A stretch of 64,000 nt of DNA from an uncultured Chloroflexia bacterium (GTDB lineage: Bacteria > Chloroflexota > Anaerolineae > Anaerolineales > Villigracilaceae): NCBI GenBank assembly GCA_963840265.1, contig CAWIYA010000002.1, forward strand, positions 612,289 through 676,288. Reading direction: 5' to 3'. Shown here piece after piece: positions 25,107 to 34,026 of the stretch (positions within the stretch are counted from its first letter, which is position 1; every line of letters starts with the position of its first letter). The notes under the pieces were generated by a model. It worked only from the letters and a program-made list of their open reading frames with translations. It did not search any database and was not told the origin of the DNA. The position numbers and the translations under genes were made by a program.

Positions 25107-27947
25107 ATGGATCTGAAAACCACTCTCTCCAGCATCCTTCCTGAAGAGCGCATCCTGACGAGTCCGCTCGAGCGCTATGCATATGCAAACGACGCATCCT
25201 ATTTCAGATTGATCCCGCAAGCAATTGTACAGCCCATCTCGATCGATGAGATCCGCAGCCTGTTCCAATTTTCACAGCGGAACCGTATTCCCATTACTTT
25301 CCGCGCCGCTGGTACCAGCCTTTCAGGACAGTCCATCAGCAACGGCATTTTGGTTGTTCTTTCACGGTACTGGGGAAACGTCCGGGTGGAAGACGGTGGC
25401 GCCCTTGTGCGTGCCCAGCCTGGTGTGGTGGGAAGCTTCATCAACAATGTTCTCAAGCCCTACGGACGCCGCATTGGTCCCGACCCGGCCTCCCTAGACG
25501 CAGCCATGTTGGGAGGAATTCTAGCCAACAATTCCAGCGGGATGTGCTGCGGGGTGGCGGAGAATGCTTATCACACCGTCCACTCGTTGACGTTGATTCT
25601 GCCAAACGGACTGGTACTGGATACAGGCGCACCAGATGCTAATGCGCGGTTCCGGGAGGGAGCCCCCGAGATCGCCAACGGCCTGCTCGAATTGCGCGGG
25701 CGTTTACTTGCGGATGCCGCACTATCAGAACGCGTGCTCCTCCGGTACCAGACGAAGAATACCGATGGCTATTCGCTGAATGCACTGCTCGATTTCGATA
25801 ATCCCAAAGACATCCTGACCCACCTCATGATCGGCTCGGAAGGCACTTTGGGCTTCATTGCCGAGGCAGTGCTACATACTCTGCCTGATTACACGCGCAA
25901 ATATACGGGTCAACTATATTTCCGGAACATCCAGGATGCGGCCAAAGCAATAGAATCTCTGCGCGATTCGGGGGCGCGTGCAGCCGAAATCATGGAGCGT
26001 GCTGCCCTGCGCTCAGTGGAGAACCTGGCTGGGGCACCAATCATCCTGCGCCAATTACCAGATTCGGCTGCCGCCATCCTGGTGGAATATCAGGGCAGCA
26101 CCACGGAGGATATCATCACTTTTCAAAAGATCTCAGCCCGCATAGTTCGGGGTATGCACTTGCTGTACGACCCAGAGTTTACGGAAGATCCGCTCGTCCA
26201 GGCAAACCTATGGAAATTAAGAAAAGGCCTGTTCCCCACCATGGGTGCCATGAGACCCAGGGGTTATTCTGTTATGACGGAAGATCTGGTGTTCCCGGTA
26301 CCGTGCCTGGCTGAAGCCATCACCGACTTGAAATCCAAATTCCAAGGTCATGGCTACGAGGATGCAATTATTTTTGGACACGCCAAAGATGGCAACCTGC
26401 ACGTCAACTTCAGCTGCCTGCTCAACAGCCAGGAGGAAATCCTGCGCCTGGAGCGCTTCCTGGACGATATGCTTGGATTGGTAAGGAAAAAGTATGATGG
26501 TGCGCTGAAGGGGGAACATGGGACTGGGCGCGCCGTGAGCCCATATCTGGAAGCTGAGTGGGGACGCAACGGCCTTGCAATCATGCAAGATATCAAGTCA
26601 CTTTTTGACCCCTCCGGCATGCTCAACCCGGATGTAATCATCAACCTCAACACCCGCTCCCACATCTCGGACATCAAGGATATGCCCCCGGTAGAAGAGG
26701 AAGTGGACAAATGCATCGAGTGCGGGTTTTGTGAAGCACGCTGTCCCAGCCGGCGCCTAACCCTGACCCCACGCCAGCGCATTGTGATTCGGCGTGAAAT
26801 CGCCCGGCTCCACAATTCAGAAACGGATGCCCCCCTGCTATATACTCTTTTGACCGATTTCAAATATGCCGGCCTGGATACCTGCGCTGTGGACGGGTTA
26901 TGTGCTTCAGCCTGCCCGGTAAACATTAACACCGGCGATTTGACCAAGCACTTGCGGGCCGATCTGGTGACCCCGCTCGCTGCAAAAAATGCACATTGGC
27001 TTGTGAAGCATTTTAGGGGGGTGGAGAAATCCCTGGCCGCTGGTGTTAAACTCGGGCATGCGGCCGAATCGGTCATTGGGGCGAAGGCCATCACAGGGCT
27101 GACTCGTATTGGCGAAAAAATCTCAGGGATGACCCTTCCCAAGTGGAACACAGCCGTGCCATATGTCCCAGCGAGGCGTCCCGTAACCCAACGAGCAGGT
27201 GCGGATTATATATACTTCCCCTCCTGCATCTCGCGGCGTTTGGGAGTCCCTAAACAAGGCATGTTTTCGCTGGCCGAAACTATGGTCACAGTTGCAAAAA
27301 GAGCGGGAGTTTCGCTGTGGATTCCGGAGGATGTGGATGGCAACTGCTGCGGTATGCCATTCGGCTCCAAGGGCTACACAGCCGCGTACAAAGTCATCCG
27401 TCGGCGAACCCTGGAGCGGTTCTGGGAATGGTCTGAAAAGGGGCGCCTGCCAATCATAATCGACACCACATCCTGCACATATACCCTGCGCCAGTATGCT
27501 GGTAACCTCTCCGACCTGACACCCGAAGAGCGCGTCATTTTTGAGAAACTCACCCTTCTTGATGGACTTGAACTGATGCATGATGTACTACTGCCTGGGC
27601 TGGACGTACAGCAGGTGACTGATGCGGTGGTATTGCATCCCAACTGCTCGAGCCGCAAATTAAACCTGCAAGATAAAATGGTTGCCATTGCAAGCCGGTG
27701 TGCAAAAACAGTTACAGTGCCTCTCAACCTGGATTGCTGCGCTTTTGCTGGTGATCGCGGTTTGCTCTTCCCCGAATTGACCGACTCAGCCACCTCCCTG
27801 GAAAGCGCTGAAGTTAACGCCCGTCCCTACGACGGATACTATTCATCCAATATCACGTGTGAGATGGGCATGACGCTTGCCACCCAGCACAATTACCACT
27901 CCATTATCTACCTGCTGGAGAAAGCATCACGTGATTCCTCCCAATGA
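25107..27947 (+). CDS. fused FAD-binding / Fe-S-binding oxidoreductase (Dld-II / YdiJ-like D-2-hydroxyacid dehydrogenase)
   Basis: 946 aa. It has an N-terminal FAD-linked oxidase domain (FRAAGTSLSGQS), ferredoxin-type motifs CIECGFCEARCP and CAVDGLCASACP, and C-terminal CCG-type repeats (NCCGMPFG, DCCAFAGDRG). Confidence 0.8.
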   Translation: MDLKTTLSSILPEERILTSPLERYAYANDASYFRLIPQAIVQPISIDEIRSLFQFSQRNRIPITFRAAGTSLSGQSISNGILVVLSRYWGNVRVEDGGALVRAQPGVVGSFINNVLKPYGRRIGPDPASLDAAMLGGILANNSSGMCCGVAENAYHTVHSLTLILPNGLVLDTGAPDANARFREGAPEIANGLLELRGRLLADAALSERVLLRYQTKNTDGYSLNALLDFDNPKDILTHLMIGSEGTLGFIAEAVLHTLPDYTRKYTGQLYFRNIQDAAKAIESLRDSGARAAEIMERAALRSVENLAGAPIILRQLPDSAAAILVEYQGSTTEDIITFQKISARIVRGMHLLYDPEFTEDPLVQANLWKLRKGLFPTMGAMRPRGYSVMTEDLVFPVPCLAEAITDLKSKFQGHGYEDAIIFGHAKDGNLHVNFSCLLNSQEEILRLERFLDDMLGLVRKKYDGALKGEHGTGRAVSPYLEAEWGRNGLAIMQDIKSLFDPSGMLNPDVIINLNTRSHISDIKDMPPVEEEVDKCIECGFCEARCPSRRLTLTPRQRIVIRREIARLHNSETDAPLLYTLLTDFKYAGLDTCAVDGLCASACPVNINTGDLTKHLRADLVTPLAAKNAHWLVKHFRGVEKSLAAGVKLGHAAESVIGAKAITGLTRIGEKISGMTLPKWNTAVPYVPARRPVTQRAGADYIYFPSCISRRLGVPKQGMFSLAETMVTVAKRAGVSLWIPEDVDGNCCGMPFGSKGYTAAYKVIRRRTLERFWEWSEKGRLPIIIDTTSCTYTLRQYAGNLSDLTPEERVIFEKLTLLDGLELMHDVLLPGLDVQQVTDAVVLHPNCSSRKLNLQDKMVAIASRCAKTVTVPLNLDCCAFAGDRGLLFPELTDSATSLESAEVNARPYDGYYSSNITCEMGMTLATQHNYHSIIYLLEKASRDSSQ

Positions 27948-27994
27948 ATTCGGAGGGTGGAGTAACTCAGGCACCGTTGTTGTTATTAATAATA

Positions 27995-28023
27995 ACCGGG
28001 CAGGGATTGGAAACCTGCCCGGT
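27995..28023. terminator. hairpin between convergent genes
   Basis: 10-bp stem ACCGGGCAGG/CCTGCCCGGT with a 9-nt loop, followed by CATGTTTT. Confidence 0.65.
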
Positions 28024-28056
28024 CATGTTTTCAAAATGAAAGCTAGATTTTCGTAT

Positions 28057-28890
28057 TTAGGGTGCCAAATCAAGGTCTTTAAAAGCTTCGACCTGAAACC
28101 GGATGGCGCGTTCGGTCGGGAGACGTTCAATGGATGATGCACCGAAGAAACCAACAATGCCGGGCATCTGCTTCAATGCCTTGCCAACATTCTCAGGCTC
28201 ATCAAATGGTCCTCCATGGCATATCACCATCAAATCCTTGCGAACAGACCACCCCGCTTCAGCGATAATCATCACCTTTTCGATGGCTTCTTCAAGAGTG
28301 AAGGCGACAGCCGCTCCTATACTACCGGCGGTGGTCAGGCCAACATGACCCACCAGCAGGTCGGCTCCGGCTTTGGTCATGGCTTTTGCTTCGTCTGCGG
28401 TGAAAGCGTAAGGTGTGGTGAATAGATCCATCTCGTGTGCAAGGCGGATCATTTCGACCTCTTTATCATAGCCCATGCCACTGGCCTCCAAATTGGCACG
28501 GAACTTGCCGTCGAACAAACCAACAGTCGGGAAATTTTGCACGCCTGAAAAGCCTATCTCTTTCAATTGTTTCAAAAAAACGGACATCAATCGAAATGGA
28601 TCGGTTCCACAAACTCCAGCTTGAACCGGGGTGTCCTTTACAACCGGCAATACCTCTGCTGCCATTTCGACAACAATGCCATTGGCATCGCCATATGGCA
28701 GTAATCCCGCGAGAGAGCCGCGGCCAGCCATCCGATAGCGTCCCGAGTTGTAAATGATGATGACGTCAGCACCACCAGCTTCGGCGAACTTTGCGGAAAT
28801 CCCAGTCCCTGCCCCACACCCAACGATCGGTTTTCCAGCTTTCACCTGGGTCTGCAGGCGCTTGATGATCTCTTTGCGTGAAATTGTCAT
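28057..28890 (-). CDS. phosphoenolpyruvate hydrolase-like TIM-barrel protein (PF09370 type; partner of Tm-1-like proteins)
   Basis: 277 aa. GCGAGTGISAKFAEAGGADVIIIYNSGRYRMAGRGSLAG resembles the PEP-mutase/isocitrate-lyase-like fold. It is a paralogue of 61301..62158. Confidence 0.7.
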   Translation of the reverse strand: MTISRKEIIKRLQTQVKAGKPIVGCGAGTGISAKFAEAGGADVIIIYNSGRYRMAGRGSLAGLLPYGDANGIVVEMAAEVLPVVKDTPVQAGVCGTDPFRLMSVFLKQLKEIGFSGVQNFPTVGLFDGKFRANLEASGMGYDKEVEMIRLAHEMDLFTTPYAFTADEAKAMTKAGADLLVGHVGLTTAGSIGAAVAFTLEEAIEKVMIIAEAGWSVRKDLMVICHGGPFDEPENVGKALKQMPGIVGFFGASSIERLPTERAIRFQVEAFKDLDLAP

Positions 28891-28902
28891 TGCGAATATC
28901 TC

Positions 28903-30114
28903 CTATTTTTCCAGCATGTTCAACAAGATTTGAGCTGCCCTGTCGGCGAATTCAGGATCATTTACATTATTGTCCATTTCTATGACCGGGATGCCCGGCC
29001 TGAGATTCTTTTTTATGGCCTCAAAACAGGCGCGATCTGCCTCTGGGTCCCAAAACGCACATCCGAGACTATCCAGTTGCGAAACTCCCTTGAGCGGGAT
29101 CAAGATGACAATCCAGGATGTGGCGGCGTTGGCAGCGGCAGCAATCATCCCCCCGATGCGCTTATTTTCTTCAGCGTTGGTACGCAGCAAAGTGATATTG
29201 GGATTCCATTGATACAAATTGCGGGACTTGAATTTATCGGGGACGGTTTCGATCCCCCAAAAGTTCGCCATATCCACGCAGCCCGGAACGAGAACTGCCG
29301 GGATGCCGGCGCGCGAGGCAGCCAGGCAGCGGTCGGGACCCGCGCTCAACACTCCTCCGCACACCTCATCGGCAAGCTCGGTGGTGGTGATGTCCAATAC
29401 TGCCGTAATATAGCCGTCGGAGATCAGACCTTCCATTGTCCTGCCTCCCGTGCCTGTGGCATGAAAGACCAAGACTTCATAACTGCGATTCTCCAGAACG
29501 CCACGCGCCCGATCCACGGCAAGGGTAGTATTTCCAAACATCGAGGCTGCGATCAATGGTTTCTCCTCGTCTCCTTTGACGGTTTTCATTTTTACCATTC
29601 CGGTAATTGCCCCCACGGCATTGCTATAGATGGTGCGGCTGATTCGATTGAAGCCAGCCACATCCACAATAGACGGAATGAAAATAATATCCCGGGTTCC
29701 GATGTAGGCACTGACATCCCCTCCACCCAGGGTGGACACCATTACTTTAGGAATGCCCACCGGCAGGCCGCGCATCGCCGCGGTCGTGAGGGATGTCCCA
29801 CCGCCACCACCCATCCCGATGATCCCATCCAACCTGCCCTCGTCGAAAAGGCGGCGAACAACCACAGTTAAGCCAGCCGCCATGACCCGCATGGCTTCAT
29901 CCTTATGGCCGCCGGAAGCCAGGAAGGATAAATCTCCACCGCCTGCTTTTGCCACTTCCTGGCGTGTAATATCTGGTGCAAAGGTGGGTTCCCCCAACAC
30001 ACCAAAGTCAATCACCAAGGTTCCGATATCTTCTTTCCGAATCAAGTCCTTTAGATAAGCAAATTCCTGACCTTTTGTGTCCAGGGCTCCGGTGATGACA
30101 ATCGTTTTGGTCAT
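28903..30114 (-). CDS. Tm-1-like ATP-binding protein (UPF0261 family), copy 1
   Basis: 403 aa. It has the N-terminal IVITGALDTKGQEFAYLKD and the MGGGGGTS motif. It is a paralogue of 37051..38289 and 60071..61291. Confidence 0.75.
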   Translation of the reverse strand: MTKTIVITGALDTKGQEFAYLKDLIRKEDIGTLVIDFGVLGEPTFAPDITRQEVAKAGGGDLSFLASGGHKDEAMRVMAAGLTVVVRRLFDEGRLDGIIGMGGGGGTSLTTAAMRGLPVGIPKVMVSTLGGGDVSAYIGTRDIIFIPSIVDVAGFNRISRTIYSNAVGAITGMVKMKTVKGDEEKPLIAASMFGNTTLAVDRARGVLENRSYEVLVFHATGTGGRTMEGLISDGYITAVLDITTTELADEVCGGVLSAGPDRCLAASRAGIPAVLVPGCVDMANFWGIETVPDKFKSRNLYQWNPNITLLRTNAEENKRIGGMIAAAANAATSWIVILIPLKGVSQLDSLGCAFWDPEADRACFEAIKKNLRPGIPVIEMDNNVNDPEFADRAAQILLNMLEK

Positions 30115-30125
30115 ATTACCTTCAT

Positions 30126-30884
30126 CTAGAAAAAAATTAGCAACAAAGCTGTAATTACCAGCAGAACAAGAATGATGTTATCGAAAATATTCTTCGATAC
30201 CTTGGTCACCAACCAGCGTCCAATCCAAACGCCAAATGGGACAATCGGGAACACCCATGCAACCTGCCAGAGCAGGTGGAAGTCGAACATTCCGGTAAAG
30301 AAGTAATATGGAACTTTGACCCAGTTGAGAATGGCATAGAACAAAACGGAGGTTGCAACGAATACTGCCGGAGTTACATCATGAAGCATGAGATAAATAC
30401 TAATAGGAGGCACGCCACTATGGGCCATTGCAGATGTAAAGCCTGACGTGGTTCCAGCCAACCAGCCATGCCAGTTTTTCTCCTGATATTTCACCGAACC
30501 GATGATACGCTTTTCGAGAAGCTTGTAAATAACAAATAACAATGCAATGATAGCCAGCCCGATCTTGAGCACTTGAGTGGAGACATTGGTTATGAAATAA
30601 GTACCGATTGTCACTCCTACTACTGCGCCTGGGATCAACAACCTGACCAACCGCCCGTTCCAGCGTTTCCAATGGAAAGCAATTGAGAACACATCCGCAA
30701 GCAACATAATAGGTAGCAACAAGCCAAGAACCTCATTTACAGGCATTACCAGCGCCATCAACGGCGTTGACAAGGTTCCCGCCATTCCACCCAATCCGCC
30801 TTTCGACAAGCTGACTAATAACGTGACGGCTGCAAGCATGATTAAAAATACAGTCGGATTATTTGTCATTATTTTTGGCTCCAA
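30126..30884 (-). CDS. TauE/SafE-family anion exporter-like membrane protein
   Basis: 252 aa, about 8 TM segments, Gly-rich helices (LSKGGLGGMAG). The start (30884 or 30869) overlaps the 3' end of the AOR gene. Confidence 0.65.
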   Translation of the reverse strand: MEPKIMTNNPTVFLIMLAAVTLLVSLSKGGLGGMAGTLSTPLMALVMPVNEVLGLLLPIMLLADVFSIAFHWKRWNGRLVRLLIPGAVVGVTIGTYFITNVSTQVLKIGLAIIALLFVIYKLLEKRIIGSVKYQEKNWHGWLAGTTSGFTSAMAHSGVPPISIYLMLHDVTPAVFVATSVLFYAILNWVKVPYYFFTGMFDFHLLWQVAWVFPIVPFGVWIGRWLVTKVSKNIFDNIILVLLVITALLLIFF

Positions 30885-32691
30885 GCGAATCCGAAATTCC
30901 TAGCTCATTCAACCGCAACAGGGTTGGAACGCCATTCATGTCCCATCCCATGATGCGATAGTATTCATCAAGCATTGGTTCAAGATCAACCACCTGCCCG
31001 CCGGCAGAACCAACAACCATTGGCTGAGTCAGGTTGCGAGCCGGCAGAGTATCTGCGGCACGGGAAAACCCTTCGCGGACATTGAACAGACGAGACAGGG
31101 TTGAGATGCGCTCCCCAAGTCGCTCCAAATCCGACACTTTGGGATAGTCAAAACCCGTCGCAGCCTTAACCAACTGCCACAATTCCTTGAGGGTCATCCC
31201 ATATCCGGGGAAAGCGCATAAACATGCACTATCCCAAACGGCTTTATCGGCCTGGTGATCGCGGAACAGCTGCGGTTTTCCTTCTATCGTCAGCGGATTG
31301 GCAGCCCCGCTAAATATCTCGCCCAGCGGGGCACCGCGCAGGTGACAGGCTCCGCGTTCAGAAACTGCATAAGCCAGCGCCGTACCCTTGGCCGCGTTGG
31401 GGTGATAGGCGGGCATTTCCAGCCCTTTGACATGCATTGCGAACGCCTCAATTTCAGGGAAGCGTTTTGCAATTGCAGCCACTCCCTGTACCAACCAAGT
31501 GCCACAGCCCTCACCTTTGGCCATTTTCTCTACCAGTGCAATTGCAGCATCTGCATTCCCCCAGGTTGGGGAAATTCCATCCAGTACATTTGAAGACACA
31601 ATGCTACGCTCGAACATCTCCATTATGAGACCGACCACACCGCCCACGCTGATCGTATCCAAACCATATTCATCGCACAGCCAATTAAGCCGGATAATTG
31701 CGTCACGGCTGCCGATGGCGCAGTTCGACCCAAGTGCATAGATGGTCTCATATTCCGGCCCCTCAATAACTTTGCCATCTTCCAGGGGTGAGGTCCATTT
31801 GCCACAACCGATCGGGCAACCAAAACAGGCATACTCATTTTTCCAGCTATTCTGCCGGAAGGCGTCGCCGGAAATCTCGTCCGACATATCAAACTGTCCC
31901 TGTTGGAAGTTGCGGGTGGGCAGCGCTCCCATGACATTGATCACCTCGAGGATGTTTGCCGTTCCCTCTTTGCGAAGCATGCTGACGGGACCAGACATGC
32001 GCACCGCCCGGAAGGCCAGCTGCAAGGCACGCTCGTATTGTTTTTTATCGTGGACGTGGACACTCCCGCTGCCACGAACGACGATGGCCTTGAGTTTTTT
32101 CGAGCCCATAACTGCACCAACCCCACCACGAGCCAATGCCCTGCTTTCGTTAAAGATCCCGGCAAGGTTACGCTGCGCCTCCCCGGGAGGACCGATCACC
32201 AGGGATTGCCATTCCTGTCCTAATTCAGTCTTAATTTTTTCTGTTGCCGCGGAGATGGTGGTACCCCACAGATTTTCGGCCGGACGGATTTCCACGCGGT
32301 CGCCATCGATGACCAGCATGACAGGGGTTTGAGCAGCGCCTGTTAGAACCAAGGCATCATAACCCGCATATTTAAACACGTTGCCCCAATAGCCTCCGCA
32401 GTAGGAATCGAAATAGGTGCCGGTGGCCGGGCTCTTGGTAGTCAGGCCGAAACGCCCTGCGGTAGGCGCTGTAGTACCAGTCAGTGGCCCGGTGTGGAAG
32501 ATCATGTGGTTTTCCGGAGAGAGTGGATCCACCCCAGCAGGTTGCTCAGTGAACAACAGCCAGGCTCCCAGCCCTTTACCGCCGAGAATCAGCGGCATTG
32601 CCTCTGCCGGCAAGGATGTAGTTTCAATGGATCCTGTGGATAAATTCACCCGCAAGATGCGGTCGCAGTATGCTCGTTGAGTTAGATCCAT
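30859..32691 (-). CDS. aldehyde:ferredoxin oxidoreductase family (tungsto/molybdopterin) enzyme
   Basis: 610 aa. The N-terminus ILRVNLSTGSIETTSLP...LGGKGLGAWLL is typical of AOR. The [4Fe-4S] motif CFGCPIGC plus a distal Cys (DSACLCAF) is present. Confidence 0.85.
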   Translation of the reverse strand: MDLTQRAYCDRILRVNLSTGSIETTSLPAEAMPLILGGKGLGAWLLFTEQPAGVDPLSPENHMIFHTGPLTGTTAPTAGRFGLTTKSPATGTYFDSYCGGYWGNVFKYAGYDALVLTGAAQTPVMLVIDGDRVEIRPAENLWGTTISAATEKIKTELGQEWQSLVIGPPGEAQRNLAGIFNESRALARGGVGAVMGSKKLKAIVVRGSGSVHVHDKKQYERALQLAFRAVRMSGPVSMLRKEGTANILEVINVMGALPTRNFQQGQFDMSDEISGDAFRQNSWKNEYACFGCPIGCGKWTSPLEDGKVIEGPEYETIYALGSNCAIGSRDAIIRLNWLCDEYGLDTISVGGVVGLIMEMFERSIVSSNVLDGISPTWGNADAAIALVEKMAKGEGCGTWLVQGVAAIAKRFPEIEAFAMHVKGLEMPAYHPNAAKGTALAYAVSERGACHLRGAPLGEIFSGAANPLTIEGKPQLFRDHQADKAVWDSACLCAFPGYGMTLKELWQLVKAATGFDYPKVSDLERLGERISTLSRLFNVREGFSRAADTLPARNLTQPMVVGSAGGQVVDLEPMLDEYYRIMGWDMNGVPTLLRLNELGISDSLGAKNNDK

Positions 32692-32700
32692 GTTAATTTC

Positions 32701-34026
32701 CTACTCCCGCACCGGGTTAAAATTCGGCCTATCGGCGATGAATATCGCCCCAGTGGGACAGATGCCTGCGCACTCAGGTTTGCCCCTGCACAGATCACAG
32801 ACCACCGGGAACCAGTCTAGCTGTCGTCCATCATCGAAGATAAGACTCCCTTCCGAATGAATAATCACATGTGTTGGGCAGATGTCCACACATTTGGAGC
32901 AATTGTCACAGCGTTCGGGGATCAATTCCACTGCGCCACTCTCAAGGTGCCACCGCAAGGCGTTGGTTGGGCAAATATCGATGCACTTTTTACAAATGGT
33001 GCAGAACATGACCTTATGGTGCCCGGGCTGGCTGCCCAACTGAATCCGCAGGCGCGCTTGATTGAGTCCATAGTCACCGTTGCCGTGGCTGGCTACGCAG
33101 GCTCCCACACATAAATCGCAGCCTGTACACAAGGCAGGCCTGGCTTTCAAGCGCACGAAATCCCAGGTTTTCCCGCGTAAGGCTTCATCCACCGTCCAGC
33201 CGCGATGGCCAATATTGCTGAGTTGTTCGATCATCGCTTTAGGATCCGGAGATTTGGTCACATTACGCCCCATCAAGCAACCGGATGCTCCAGCTTCATG
33301 GGCCTCAGCGTATAGTTCAAGTGCGTCGCGCTCGTTATCTGAACGAGCGCCACCCAGCACCAGGGTGGGTACACCACTGATATCAATCAGGTTTCGGAAT
33401 GAATCCACGTCCCCCGTGTATGGGATCTTGAGAGCGTCAGCTCCGATCTCCACCGCCATGCGGGCTCCCAGGGTAAGAATCTCAACAATATTTGCACCGG
33501 TTACCTGTCCCCCGTACGCCAACGGCTCAATGATACAAGGCAACCCGATCCGGCGGCACTCATTGACGAATTTGGCACACTTATCGATGCCGATGGTCTC
33601 CACTTTATCGCTGTATCCCAAAAACAAATACACCGTGATGGCAGTGGCACCTAATGACAAAGCCTGTTCTGCGGTGATAATTTTCTCATTGATCAGCAAG
33701 CGCTGAGGGACGGCATTACTCACGTTCGAAGTGCCCAAGCGGGGCATATTCATCCAGTCGGCGCGGACTATCAAAGCGGGACCAGCGCGCCCTTTGAATA
33801 GGGGAGCCAAACGAAGAGCTTGTCCGGGAGACAGCAGAATCCCATCCACACCGCCAGCTATCACCGCCTCAACGGTCGCGCGCAGGTTGACCACATTTGG
33901 CGTTACATCACTCATATAGCCATGATCCGCTGCCACGCAAATGGCGCGGCCATCCCCCTGGTGGTTGAACAGCCGGTCCATCCGGTTTTGCAGCCCTGTT
34001 TTCATTTCACGAAACCTCATGGGCAT
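32701..34026 (-). CDS. class I aldolase (DhnA/ADH-synthase type, DeoC/LacD superfamily) fused to a C-terminal polyferredoxin
   Basis: 441 aa. The aldolase motifs are DGRAICVAADHG, LGATAITVY, GADALKIPYTGD (Schiff-base Lys), LGGAR and MGRNV. These are followed by four cluster motifs: CTGCDLCVGAC, CTICKKCIDICP, CDNCSKCVDICP and CDLCRGKPECAGICP. Confidence 0.8.
   Translation of the reverse strand: MPMRFREMKTGLQNRMDRLFNHQGDGRAICVAADHGYMSDVTPNVVNLRATVEAVIAGGVDGILLSPGQALRLAPLFKGRAGPALIVRADWMNMPRLGTSNVSNAVPQRLLINEKIITAEQALSLGATAITVYLFLGYSDKVETIGIDKCAKFVNECRRIGLPCIIEPLAYGGQVTGANIVEILTLGARMAVEIGADALKIPYTGDVDSFRNLIDISGVPTLVLGGARSDNERDALELYAEAHEAGASGCLMGRNVTKSPDPKAMIEQLSNIGHRGWTVDEALRGKTWDFVRLKARPALCTGCDLCVGACVASHGNGDYGLNQARLRIQLGSQPGHHKVMFCTICKKCIDICPTNALRWHLESGAVELIPERCDNCSKCVDICPTHVIIHSEGSLIFDDGRQLDWFPVVCDLCRGKPECAGICPTGAIFIADRPNFNPVRE

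Noticed and set aside
28930-29871. A 313-aa plus-strand ORF antisense to the Tm-1-like gene 28903..30114. Similar long antisense ORFs occur at 60025..60780, 26354..27151, 22310..22810 and 33080..33706.
   Set aside because: All lie fully inside strongly supported genes on the other strand and encode Arg/Ser/Pro-rich low-complexity sequence.
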